From a virus (taxonomy: Duplodnaviria; Caudoviricetes), in the IMG/VR virus record IMGVR_UViG_3300033149_003773, positions 1-52,211 of that record: a stretch of DNA of 52,211 bases; one strand, written 5' to 3'. Positions within the stretch are counted from its first letter, which is position 1, and each line of letters starts with the position of its first letter. The position numbers were made by a program, and so were the translations under genes. Of the stretch, positions 19,845 to 26,656 are shown one piece after another. The notes below the pieces were generated by a model. The model was given only the letters and a program-made list of their open reading frames with translations, had not been told where the DNA came from and searched no databases.

Positions 19845-20249
19845 ATGTGTGAGCAAAAAATATTTATAGATGTGGAATATCTTTACATTCCCCGCATTCC
19901 ATATTGTGAAAAAGGAGAGTATAGAGCAACAATTTGGGCGTACATTCCAGAGGCGACAGACGTTTTCGTAAATGGTGTAACACGTCCCATATCTAAACGA
20001 TACCAGAACTCTCATATTGCGTTTTTCACTGAACCCTTGCGTCCTACTTGGGGATGGCGATCTGACGGGTATCGCAACGGCTATCGCTATCAGTACATGA
20101 AAATGTATGAACCTGATCTACAAACGTTGCAACAACGAGTCAAGGAATATATTGATAAAGAGATTGAGAAATTACGAAAAGTGGTTGAACAGAATGTTCT
20201 GGCTGCTCACAAAGTTCCAGAGTCAGAGCATTATGAGTTCGTAATATAG
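19845..20249 (+). CDS. hypothetical early protein, family A
   Basis: WGW...RNGYRY...PESEHYEFVI; GAGGAGG RBS. Confidence 0.8.
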   Translation: MCEQKIFIDVEYLYIPRIPYCEKGEYRATIWAYIPEATDVFVNGVTRPISKRYQNSHIAFFTEPLRPTWGWRSDGYRNGYRYQYMKMYEPDLQTLQQRVKEYIDKEIEKLRKVVEQNVLAAHKVPESEHYEFVI

Positions 20250-20296
20250 AGGGTGTAAATGCCCGCTGTTACCTTATTCAGAAAGGAGATGTTAAT

Positions 20297-20665
20297 ATGG
20301 CGTGTGAACAGAGGGTAGTTTTAGTTGATGTGTCTTACCAATTCAGAGCAAGAGAGCGCAGATATGAGGCTATGATTAAGTTTTATATCCCCACTGAGGG
20401 TGAGTATCTTCCAGACATATTTATAGACGAAGATACGGATTTTGCAGGTCGACTTCTCACCTATGAGTGGGGAAAGAGAGCTACAGATCGGGAAGGGTAT
20501 TTAGTTGAGTCGTTGCGTGTCTATGGCAACGACCCAGACGAAGTTAGACAGAATGCTAAGGAAAGAATTGAGAAGGAGATCACACGCCTGCGACAGGTAG
20601 TTGAACACAATATTCTGGCTTCTGTCAGAATCCCAGAACCAGAGCACTACGAGTTCGTTATATAA
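20297..20665 (+). CDS. hypothetical early protein, family A
   Basis: EWG...REGY...PEPEHYEFVI; AAAGGAG RBS. Confidence 0.8.
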   Translation: MACEQRVVLVDVSYQFRARERRYEAMIKFYIPTEGEYLPDIFIDEDTDFAGRLLTYEWGKRATDREGYLVESLRVYGNDPDEVRQNAKERIEKEITRLRQVVEHNILASVRIPEPEHYEFVI

Positions 20666-20756
20666 AAATGGGGCTCTAAGAGCCCTGTTCTTGCTTGGAG
20701 ATAAGAAGGATTGAGAAATTTGAGAATTTGAGAAAATCGAGTAAGGGGGTGTTAAG

Positions 20757-21098
20757 ATAAGAAAAGAAGCATTTGATGATCTCTTATTTGTACGGTCAAA
20801 AGAATATGATATTGATACATTCTTCTTACCAGATTCAGTTAATCCATTAGACGCTGTGTCTTGCAGAAATTATGTGCGTGAACACAAAAATGTGTTGAAG
20901 GGTACTCAAGAGTTATACATTAGTCCGATATATCCGACTTTGATTGTAGAGATAGGTGTTTCTCCAGATACCCACCAACGTTCTTATTGGCTTTGGGTTT
21001 TTAGGGAATATAAATATTCCATAATTAGATTTAAGAAAAGTCCATCATATGATGTAGTACAGAGTGCTATAAAGGAAATCAGAGAATTTGAGAAATAA
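20757..21098 (+). CDS. hypothetical early protein, family B (ATA start or mutated start)
   Basis: Frame open from ATA at 20757 after an AAGGGGG RBS; N-terminus aligns by eye with the 15827 paralog. Confidence 0.6.
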   Translation: MRKEAFDDLLFVRSKEYDIDTFFLPDSVNPLDAVSCRNYVREHKNVLKGTQELYISPIYPTLIVEIGVSPDTHQRSYWLWVFREYKYSIIRFKKSPSYDVVQSAIKEIREFEK

Positions 21099-21104
21099 TG
21101 TTAT

Positions 21105-21457
21105 GGGGGCGATCGGTTTCGACGGGTTTGAGCTCCCTCAGGAAGCGAGCCGAGTTTTCACCTACTCGTAAAACAGGGTGAGGCACAAACAAGTGCCAAC
21201 AAAGAACCAGTCGCTGCTTGACGAGAAGAGCAGCCGTCCTTACTGAGTTTGATCGGGGCTCAGTATAGGGCGTAAGATCACCGATCGGGCATCCAAGGTT
21301 TTGCCTTTTCGGCTTTGGATGACATGTTAGAAAAGGCTAAGGTGAATATAACCTGTCCGTGGGTTGTTTCACCTGACATTTAAAACACGGACTGCGCTCG
21401 GAGATGCCTGAGGGTACTCACTCTCGGACGGGGGTTCGATTCCCCCCGCCTCCACCA
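21105..21457 (+). ncRNA. ssrA: tmRNA (transfer-messenger RNA), tag peptide (A)ANKEPVAA*
   Basis: 5' GGGGGCG...TTCGAC, 3' T-arm GGGGGTTCGATTCCCCC and acceptor CGCCTCCACCA; resume context AAGT-GCC-AAC; tag ORF 21195-21221; layout like Thermotoga tmRNA. Confidence 0.97.
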
Positions 21458-21589
21458 GATAAAGCTTTCACAAGGATTGTAATACTACTTGAGTGTCTCG
21501 AGGATTGCCGTAGAGACATTGAGAAGCCCCACGGGATACTTACTACCCTTAAAACGTTTTGAGCTCGCTATGACGATCCTCGCTTTACT

Positions 21590-21655
21590 GAGAACGATTT
21601 TGAGAAACTGGGAGCTTGAGAATTTGAGAATTTATCAATTTGAGAATTTGGAAAG
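21590..21655 (+). repeat. (TTGAGAAT)n leader array
   Basis: ttgagaaa ctgggagc ttgagaat ttgagaat ttatcaat ttgagaat before a GAAAGGAG RBS. Confidence 0.75.
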
Positions 21656-21738
21656 GAGTGGCGAGAAAGGAGGGAGAAGAAAGTGGATAGGTATTATTGC
21701 ATTTGCCGAGCGTGTGTTCCGAATGTAGGTGGAGGTGA

Positions 21739-21963
21739 ATGGTTATGTGGATACAAAGTAAAAAGGTGATATTTAATACGAACAATGTGGATTACTACTT
21801 TATATCTTGTTGTGCTGCGAAAAGTGTGGATGGTAAAGATATATATGATGTGTGCATGCACTCCGAGGGGCACGATATAGTTATTTGTAGTTTTGAAAAT
21901 GAAAATGATGCCAAACGTTTTTTAAATAGGATAGCGGATAAATTGAGGGCTTTAAGTTTGTAA
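21739..21963 (+). CDS. hypothetical protein
   Basis: GGAGGTG RBS. Confidence 0.6.
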   Translation: MVMWIQSKKVIFNTNNVDYYFISCCAAKSVDGKDIYDVCMHSEGHDIVICSFENENDAKRFLNRIADKLRALSL

Positions 21964-21982
21964 GACGAGGAGGGAAAGAGGA

Positions 21983-22198
21983 ATGAAACTTTTTAGAGTT
22001 ATATATAGAAGCGGGACCAAAAGGCATAGAAACGTTGTTGAGGTTATTGCCAGAGATAAAGAACATGCACGCAATAAGATATTATCACGTCATGCGAGTG
22101 AAGCGAAAAGAGGGCTCGAGATTGTGTCTATTGAGCCTATTCGAGATGTCTCGTTGCCAGAACAAGGAAAAAGGAAGGATAAAGATGAGCACAGATAA
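21983..22198 (+). CDS. small basic hypothetical protein
   Basis: GAGGAGG RBS; VEVIARDKEHARNKI pattern of small phage beta-alpha-beta proteins. Confidence 0.6.
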   Translation: MKLFRVIYRSGTKRHRNVVEVIARDKEHARNKILSRHASEAKRGLEIVSIEPIRDVSLPEQGKRKDKDEHR

Positions 22199-22442
22199 AT
22201 ATTTAGTTGTACTTAAGATTTCACATCTAAATAAAGATATTTTCTTTGGTATTGATAGAAGTCTATTTGAAGAGAATGAAAGTAATTATACTCCAGTTGA
22301 AATAGTTAGATTAGTTAAGATCGTTAAGTCTAACATGGTAACCTGTGCATGGGATAAGTACGGTTGTGCATGGGGGATTTCAAATCTAAATGATGATCAT
22401 ATTTGGGAACGCATGCCAAAATATGATAGGGAGGAGTGGTAA
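22185..22442 (+). CDS. hypothetical protein (distant family C)
   Basis: ATG at 22185 after AAGGA; CAWDKYGCAWGI. Confidence 0.55.
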   Translation: MSTDKYLVVLKISHLNKDIFFGIDRSLFEENESNYTPVEIVRLVKIVKSNMVTCAWDKYGCAWGISNLNDDHIWERMPKYDREEW

Positions 22443-22445
22443 ACT

Positions 22446-22751
22446 ATGAAACATTCAAGAACACCTGTTAAGGCTTTGCTGTATATTATTGATGTTGTAT
22501 ATACTGAAAATGATGATGATTTCATTGTTTGTTATTATGCTGTGATAAAAAATGTGATAGAACATTTAAACGAAAAAGCAAAAAGAAATTTATTACGTGC
22601 TGAATGGAAAGCCCCAATAGCTGAAATTGAGTTTGTTGATTTTCAGGTTTATGATGATTGTATACTTGCTTGCGATAGCCGTGATCGCCTCTGGCTAAAA
22701 AGAAAAGGTTCACTCTGGTGGTTTTCAATGAGCAACGAATTCGTTTATTAA
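22446..22751 (+). CDS. hypothetical early protein, family C
   Basis: Paralog of 15095..15379. Confidence 0.75.
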   Translation: MKHSRTPVKALLYIIDVVYTENDDDFIVCYYAVIKNVIEHLNEKAKRNLLRAEWKAPIAEIEFVDFQVYDDCILACDSRDRLWLKRKGSLWWFSMSNEFVY

Positions 22752-22767
22752 AGGAGAGTGAGTTTAG

Positions 22768-23109
22768 ATGAAGGAGCTAAAAAAGTTTGTTATAAATAAT
22801 ATTTTTAGAAACTTAGACAAATCCTTTCCTCAAGAAGAGGAGCTCATAATCAAAAAATTTTCCTTCAAAGGCAAGAAAGTTGCTTGTGAAAAAGATTATC
22901 CTCATGTTCCTCACACTGTAAAGATGTATACAACTGTTAATGGGGATACCCTTGAGGAATTCTGTCTTGGCTGGGAAGGTAAAACTCTCGATAATACTCT
23001 ATTGGTAATATGGATTCAGGAATTTCTTCCACCAGATGAGAGCTTTAATTATGAACGGGTTCAAGGGTATTACATCATGCTTCCACTTCATTCGGTGATA
23101 CCTTCTTAA
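22768..23109 (+). CDS. hypothetical early protein, family D
   Basis: CEKDYPHVPHTV...EEFCLGWEG; paralog of 13943..14248. Confidence 0.75.
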   Translation: MKELKKFVINNIFRNLDKSFPQEEELIIKKFSFKGKKVACEKDYPHVPHTVKMYTTVNGDTLEEFCLGWEGKTLDNTLLVIWIQEFLPPDESFNYERVQGYYIMLPLHSVIPS

Positions 23110-23226
23110 TCAGAACAAGAGGAGGTGAATTAAAGAAGAAGCCGAAAAGCACTTTTAACAGAAAATACCAATTTTCCTTCCGTATACGGGTGGTATATAG
23201 TATAATTATATATGTATCCCAAAAGA

Positions 23227-23254
23227 TATGTTACAGACTCCCTTGTAAGTGGAG
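23227..23254 (+). promoter_or_regulatory. 28-bp conserved upstream motif, copy 2 (overlaps tasA RBS)
   Basis: tatgttacagactcccttgtaagtggag; TATAAT at 23201-23206 just upstream. Confidence 0.65.
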
Positions 23255-23262
23255 GTGATTAA

Positions 23263-23976
23263 ATGGGGAAAGGCAGGAAAAAGAAAATCACAAAGAAAGA
23301 GGAAAGTACTGTACAAGGTAAGATACTTACACCCGATCTTGAACGATTGCTACGGTCTTATATAGTTGTGCAAAGACAAAGGCTATCGGCAGAGCTAAGG
23401 ACACTTTCACTTGGTGGTGATGAAATTCTCGATAGGATGTTAGACATGGTCAAGCATGTGGAAAAGGAACTGGCAAAACAGATTCAGAAAAAGATAGAAA
23501 ACACAGAGTTGTATCATAACTTTTTTGCTCGAGTTAAAGGTGTGGGAACATCAACAGCAGCGAAGATAATCTTCTATGTAAAAGACATTGAACGTTTTCC
23601 TACGGTGTCGAAGCTGTGGCGTTATGCAGGGTATGGCGTTACAAACGGAAAAGCGGACACTTTGAGAAAAGGTGAAAAGTTGTGTTACAATCCACGATTC
23701 AAAGGCATGCTGTATTACACGGGTATACTGCTTATTAGCAAATCTAAGAAATATCGTGCATACTACGAAAAAGCGAAGGAGTATTACCGTATCAATAGAC
23801 CACAATGGAATAAGATGCACATATTTAGGGCGGCATTAAGAAAAACCATTAAGCTATTCTTATCACACCTATGGGAAGTTTGGCGAAAAATCGAGGGGTT
23901 ACCAGTTAGAAAGCCTTATGCGATAGAATACTGCGGGCATACCACGGTTTATAAGCCAGAAGATTTCTTTGATTAA
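23263..23976 (+). CDS. tasA: TIGR-associated protein, nuclease-less TasA type (Nop / IS110 Tnp-like RNA-binding fold)
   Basis: 237 aa: N-terminal coiled coil, VKGVGTSTAAKII, RFPTVSKLWRYAG, YNPRFK, HIFRAALRKTIKLFLSHLWEVWRKIEGLP...PY. No N-terminal RuvC/DEDD, no HNH and no IS110 catalytic SG; array directly downstream. Confidence 0.85.
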   Translation: MGKGRKKKITKKEESTVQGKILTPDLERLLRSYIVVQRQRLSAELRTLSLGGDEILDRMLDMVKHVEKELAKQIQKKIENTELYHNFFARVKGVGTSTAAKIIFYVKDIERFPTVSKLWRYAGYGVTNGKADTLRKGEKLCYNPRFKGMLYYTGILLISKSKKYRAYYEKAKEYYRINRPQWNKMHIFRAALRKTIKLFLSHLWEVWRKIEGLPVRKPYAIEYCGHTTVYKPEDFFD

Positions 23977-23989
23977 CCTTTCCCGATTA

Positions 23990-24200
23990 TGTGAACCTGC
24001 ATGTAATGAGACCCACGCAGAGATGTGAGCCTAAATACAATGATGTCCATCTGTACATAGCGAACCAGTATTCAATGTTTTCCATTTGAAAGTGTGAACC
24101 ATTTCTTTATGTGTGACCCAAAATTTTGTGTGAACCATCATATTGTGTGAGCCGATTTCTTGTGTGAACCATTCCTTTGTGTGACCCAATTCTCTTGTGT
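23990..24200 (+). ncRNA. TIGR-like tandem interspaced guide RNA array (12 repeats, 9-nt spacers, about 6 dual units)
   Basis: TGTGAACC-tgcatgtaa-TGAGACCC-acgcagaga-TGTGAGCC-taaatacaa-TGATGTCC-atctgtaca-TAGCGAACC-agtattcaa-TGTTTTCC-atttgaaag-TGTGAACC-atttcttta-TGTGTGACCC-aaaattttg-TGTGAACC-atcatattg-TGTGAGCC-gatttcttg-TGTGAACC-attcctttg-TGTGACCC-aattctctt. Confidence 0.85.
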
Positions 24201-24229
24201 GTCTTTTAAAAAGGGGAGGAGGTGTAAAA

Positions 24230-24559
24230 GTGATTTTGAAGTTTAGAACAGCGAGGGCGGGTTTAAAGTTGAAATTAATCTTAGAGATGTCATATGTGTG
24301 TGAAGCCGAACGTGTGCTTATTGAAAGAGAATTTAGAAAATGTTGCTGGTTTGATCCTGGTAATTCATTCATCATAAAGGAATTTGACATGGGCAAGTCT
24401 ACACCAGATAAGATATTTAGAAAAATAAGAAAAACCATTGACAAAGTGGTTGCTAAGTTGGAAAAGACATACAAGCGTTTCTATGATAGCTTTTCAGACA
24501 TTATCTGGTTTTCAGAGGTAAGTCTGATTCCAAGATCAAGGGGTGAGCTAAATGATTAG
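24230..24559 (+). CDS. hypothetical protein
   Basis: GGAGGAGG RBS before the GTG at 24230. Confidence 0.6.
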   Translation: MILKFRTARAGLKLKLILEMSYVCEAERVLIEREFRKCCWFDPGNSFIIKEFDMGKSTPDKIFRKIRKTIDKVVAKLEKTYKRFYDSFSDIIWFSEVSLIPRSRGELND

Positions 24560-24695
24560 CTTCTTTATTGGCTTGATTGTAGGTGGTATTAGTGGTTTAA
24601 TGGTGTCCAGTTTGCTATTTGCATCTTCGGATACTTTATATCAAGAAAATAGGCAATTACGTAATAAATTAAAGAGATTAAAAGGGGGTGAATGA
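24552..24695 (+). CDS. small membrane protein (47 aa)
   Basis: MISFFIGLIVGGISGLMVSSLLFA followed by a basic coiled tail; below the ORF-track cutoff. Confidence 0.55.
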   Translation: MISFFIGLIVGGISGLMVSSLLFASSDTLYQENRQLRNKLKRLKGGE

Positions 24696-24705
24696 GGTGC
24701 AAAGC

Positions 24706-25056
24706 ATGAGGGACATAATTAATTTCGTGAGAACAGAGCTGGAGCAGATAACAGATGAGATTGTCAATAAGAGACAGTTGTTTTTCACCTACACTTCAGA
24801 ATCGGGAGTAACTTATGTGTTTGAGGAAATGCCATTTTCACAAAAAGATTTTCAAGTGGTTATAGGAGACAAGAAGTATAGCTATGGATCGATAGAACGA
24901 ATTACACTTAATGAGTTAGAGAAAATCGTTACGGATATAACTAACGGTTTAAGAGAAGAGCTGCTTTCTTTGACAGATAATATGTTGAAAGAGTTGTGTT
25001 CTAAAGTTGAGAAGTATATGCAAAGCAAAGAAGGGAAGGAGCGGTCTGATGGATAA
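24706..25056 (+). CDS. hypothetical protein
   Basis: GAGGTG RBS. Confidence 0.65.
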   Translation: MRDIINFVRTELEQITDEIVNKRQLFFTYTSESGVTYVFEEMPFSQKDFQVVIGDKKYSYGSIERITLNELEKIVTDITNGLREELLSLTDNMLKELCSKVEKYMQSKEGKERSDG

Positions 25057-25309
25057 TATCGAACAGATATTGTATAAGTTGAGCGAGGATGTTGATATGT
25101 TTATCAGTTTGTTTGAGCCTGAAGTGGTGTGGAGGAACAAGGAAAAAGATGATGAAATTGTTATGATTGGTCAACCTATCTATACTGAAGATTCTTCTAT
25201 TGTAACTGAATTTAACCTCTCGGGAGACCAAATTGAGCAGATCAATGATCTATTTTGGGACTTGGTTATTGAAAAGTTTTCAGCAAAATTACGGCAGGAG
25301 GTGTCATGA
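25049..25309 (+). CDS. acidic hypothetical protein
   Basis: AAGGAG RBS before MDNIEQ. Confidence 0.6.
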   Translation: MDNIEQILYKLSEDVDMFISLFEPEVVWRNKEKDDEIVMIGQPIYTEDSSIVTEFNLSGDQIEQINDLFWDLVIEKFSAKLRQEVS

Positions 25310-25519
25310 ATGTTGGTGAAAAACGTGTATACAAGCATCGATGCGGACGTTGTAGAGATTGTAGATAAGATACGGAAAGAGTACGGATTATCATTCAGGC
25401 AAATTGTTAACGATGCTATTAGACATTACTGGGAACAAGCACTGAAGCCGAAAGAGGAAGAAGTCAAAGAAAAAGAAAGCAAGAAGGGTACGAAGAAAAA
25501 AGCAAAAAGAAAGGGGTGA
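25310..25519 (+). CDS. ribbon-helix-helix DNA-binding protein
   Basis: VYTSIDADVVEIVDKIRKEYGLSFRQIVNDAIRHY fits the CopG/Arc pattern. Confidence 0.7.
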   Translation: MLVKNVYTSIDADVVEIVDKIRKEYGLSFRQIVNDAIRHYWEQALKPKEEEVKEKESKKGTKKKAKRKG

Positions 25520-25523
25520 GATA

Positions 25524-25805
25524 ATGTTTTACAAGATTGCTTCTGAGTGGCTAAACAAGAAAAATGTTCCTGTTTCTGGTGAGGCTAAATTCAGGCTTGA
25601 AGATGGTACTGAAAAGGTTATACAGTTCGAAGGTACAATTGATTTCACTCAAGTACAACCTATACTGAATATGCACATTAGAGATGAAATTAGAAGATAC
25701 CCTGTTGCGATAGCAAAGGTTATGGAAAGAAAACTGCAATGCTTTTACTTTCAACCCGACAATCCCAAGAGATATGTTTTCTTCTCGATTGAGGAGGCGG
25801 TGTAA
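25524..25805 (+). CDS. hypothetical protein
   Basis: Coupled ORF in the replication operon. Confidence 0.6.
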   Translation: MFYKIASEWLNKKNVPVSGEAKFRLEDGTEKVIQFEGTIDFTQVQPILNMHIRDEIRRYPVAIAKVMERKLQCFYFQPDNPKRYVFFSIEEAV

Positions 25806-26656
25806 TGTTTCAAAACTTTAAGATTTCTGATAAGCCAGCTTATGCAAAGGTATTGCTCTATGGAATGGCTGGTGTTGGTAAAACGGTGTTTGCTTTATCA
25901 CATCCTGGGGTTGGTTATCTTATTGACACAGAAGGGGGAGCAGACCATTATGCTAAGTATTTTCGGAATGTCAAAGTCTTGTACACTACCGATTATGATG
26001 AAATTTTCAAAGCACTTACTTGGCTTAAGGATAACGCAGACCCCAATGGTTTCTTAATATTTGATAGTGAAACATTGTTCTGGGATGCGTTACAGTATGA
26101 AAGAGCCCAGTACATGCAAGGCTCAGAAGTAAAAGTTAAACAACTGAATTTAGGTGATTGGGGCATAATCAAAAAGATAGTCAAGAACATACATAAGATG
26201 ATGATCGATCTAAACATGGACGTGATTGCAATAGCACATGAAAAAGCAGATTCATCAGATAGCGGGAGTGTAATTGGTTATGTTCCTGATACTGAAAGAA
26301 ATATCCCTTACTACTTCGATATAGTTATGCGCATGACAAAAAAAGGTTCTGCTCGAAGGCTTGAAGTGATAAAGAAACGGGTTTCGAACGTTGTAACTGG
26401 TGAGATAATCGATGTTACTTGTAAAACTTGGGGAGAAACATTTGAGGGTGTATTTGAAACCGTAAAGAGGGAGCAAGAAGACATAATGCGGGATTGGAAT
26501 GTTAAGTTGATTATGGCAGAAACAAAAGAGCAAATTACTTCTCTCGTTAGAGACCTCGAGAAAGAGCAACTACCTGAACAAGCCAAGAAGGACATCAAAG
26601 AGAGATTCAGAGAAAAATACAAGAGATTGAATGAGATTGCCAAGGAGGTGGTATGA
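25805..26656 (+). CDS. Sak4-like AAA ATPase / single-strand annealing protein
   Basis: LLYGMAGVGKT, IDTEGG, LIFDSET, IAIAHEK and YYFDIV (AAA_24 pattern). Confidence 0.85.
   Translation: MFQNFKISDKPAYAKVLLYGMAGVGKTVFALSHPGVGYLIDTEGGADHYAKYFRNVKVLYTTDYDEIFKALTWLKDNADPNGFLIFDSETLFWDALQYERAQYMQGSEVKVKQLNLGDWGIIKKIVKNIHKMMIDLNMDVIAIAHEKADSSDSGSVIGYVPDTERNIPYYFDIVMRMTKKGSARRLEVIKKRVSNVVTGEIIDVTCKTWGETFEGVFETVKREQEDIMRDWNVKLIMAETKEQITSLVRDLEKEQLPEQAKKDIKERFREKYKRLNEIAKEVV

Noticed and set aside
14244-20690. Integron attC sites
   Set aside because: Hairpins are only 20-30 nt, lack RYYYAAC/GTTRRRY boxes, and there is no integron integrase
21420-21460. attP site at the tmRNA 3' end
   Set aside because: The gene is full length rather than a 3' fragment, is not duplicated, and no integrase was found
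21489-21728. 79-aa ORF after the tmRNA
   Set aside because: Largely a translation of the GAGAA leader array (ENLRIYQFENL, also seen at 16577); no RBS at its start
23263-23976. IS110 transposase or its pseudogene
   Set aside because: Lacks the N-terminal DEDD RuvC domain and the catalytic SG loop, yet is an intact ORF with a strong RBS and an adjacent array
23998-24092. Self-targets of single spacers (gcatgtaa at about 13365 and 13532; gtattcaatg at the methyltransferase start; atttgaaag at about 15815 and 16171)
   Set aside because: Matches of 8-10 nt are expected by chance in an AT-rich 52-kb genome, and the partner spacer does not match alongside
23990-24200. CRISPR array
   Set aside because: Repeats of 8-10 nt and spacers of 9 nt are far too short, and there is no cas operon; the layout fits a TIGR array
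24031-24474. 147-aa minus-strand ORF with repeated HT motifs
   Set aside because: Antisense read-through of the guide array and the next plus-strand gene; no convincing RBS
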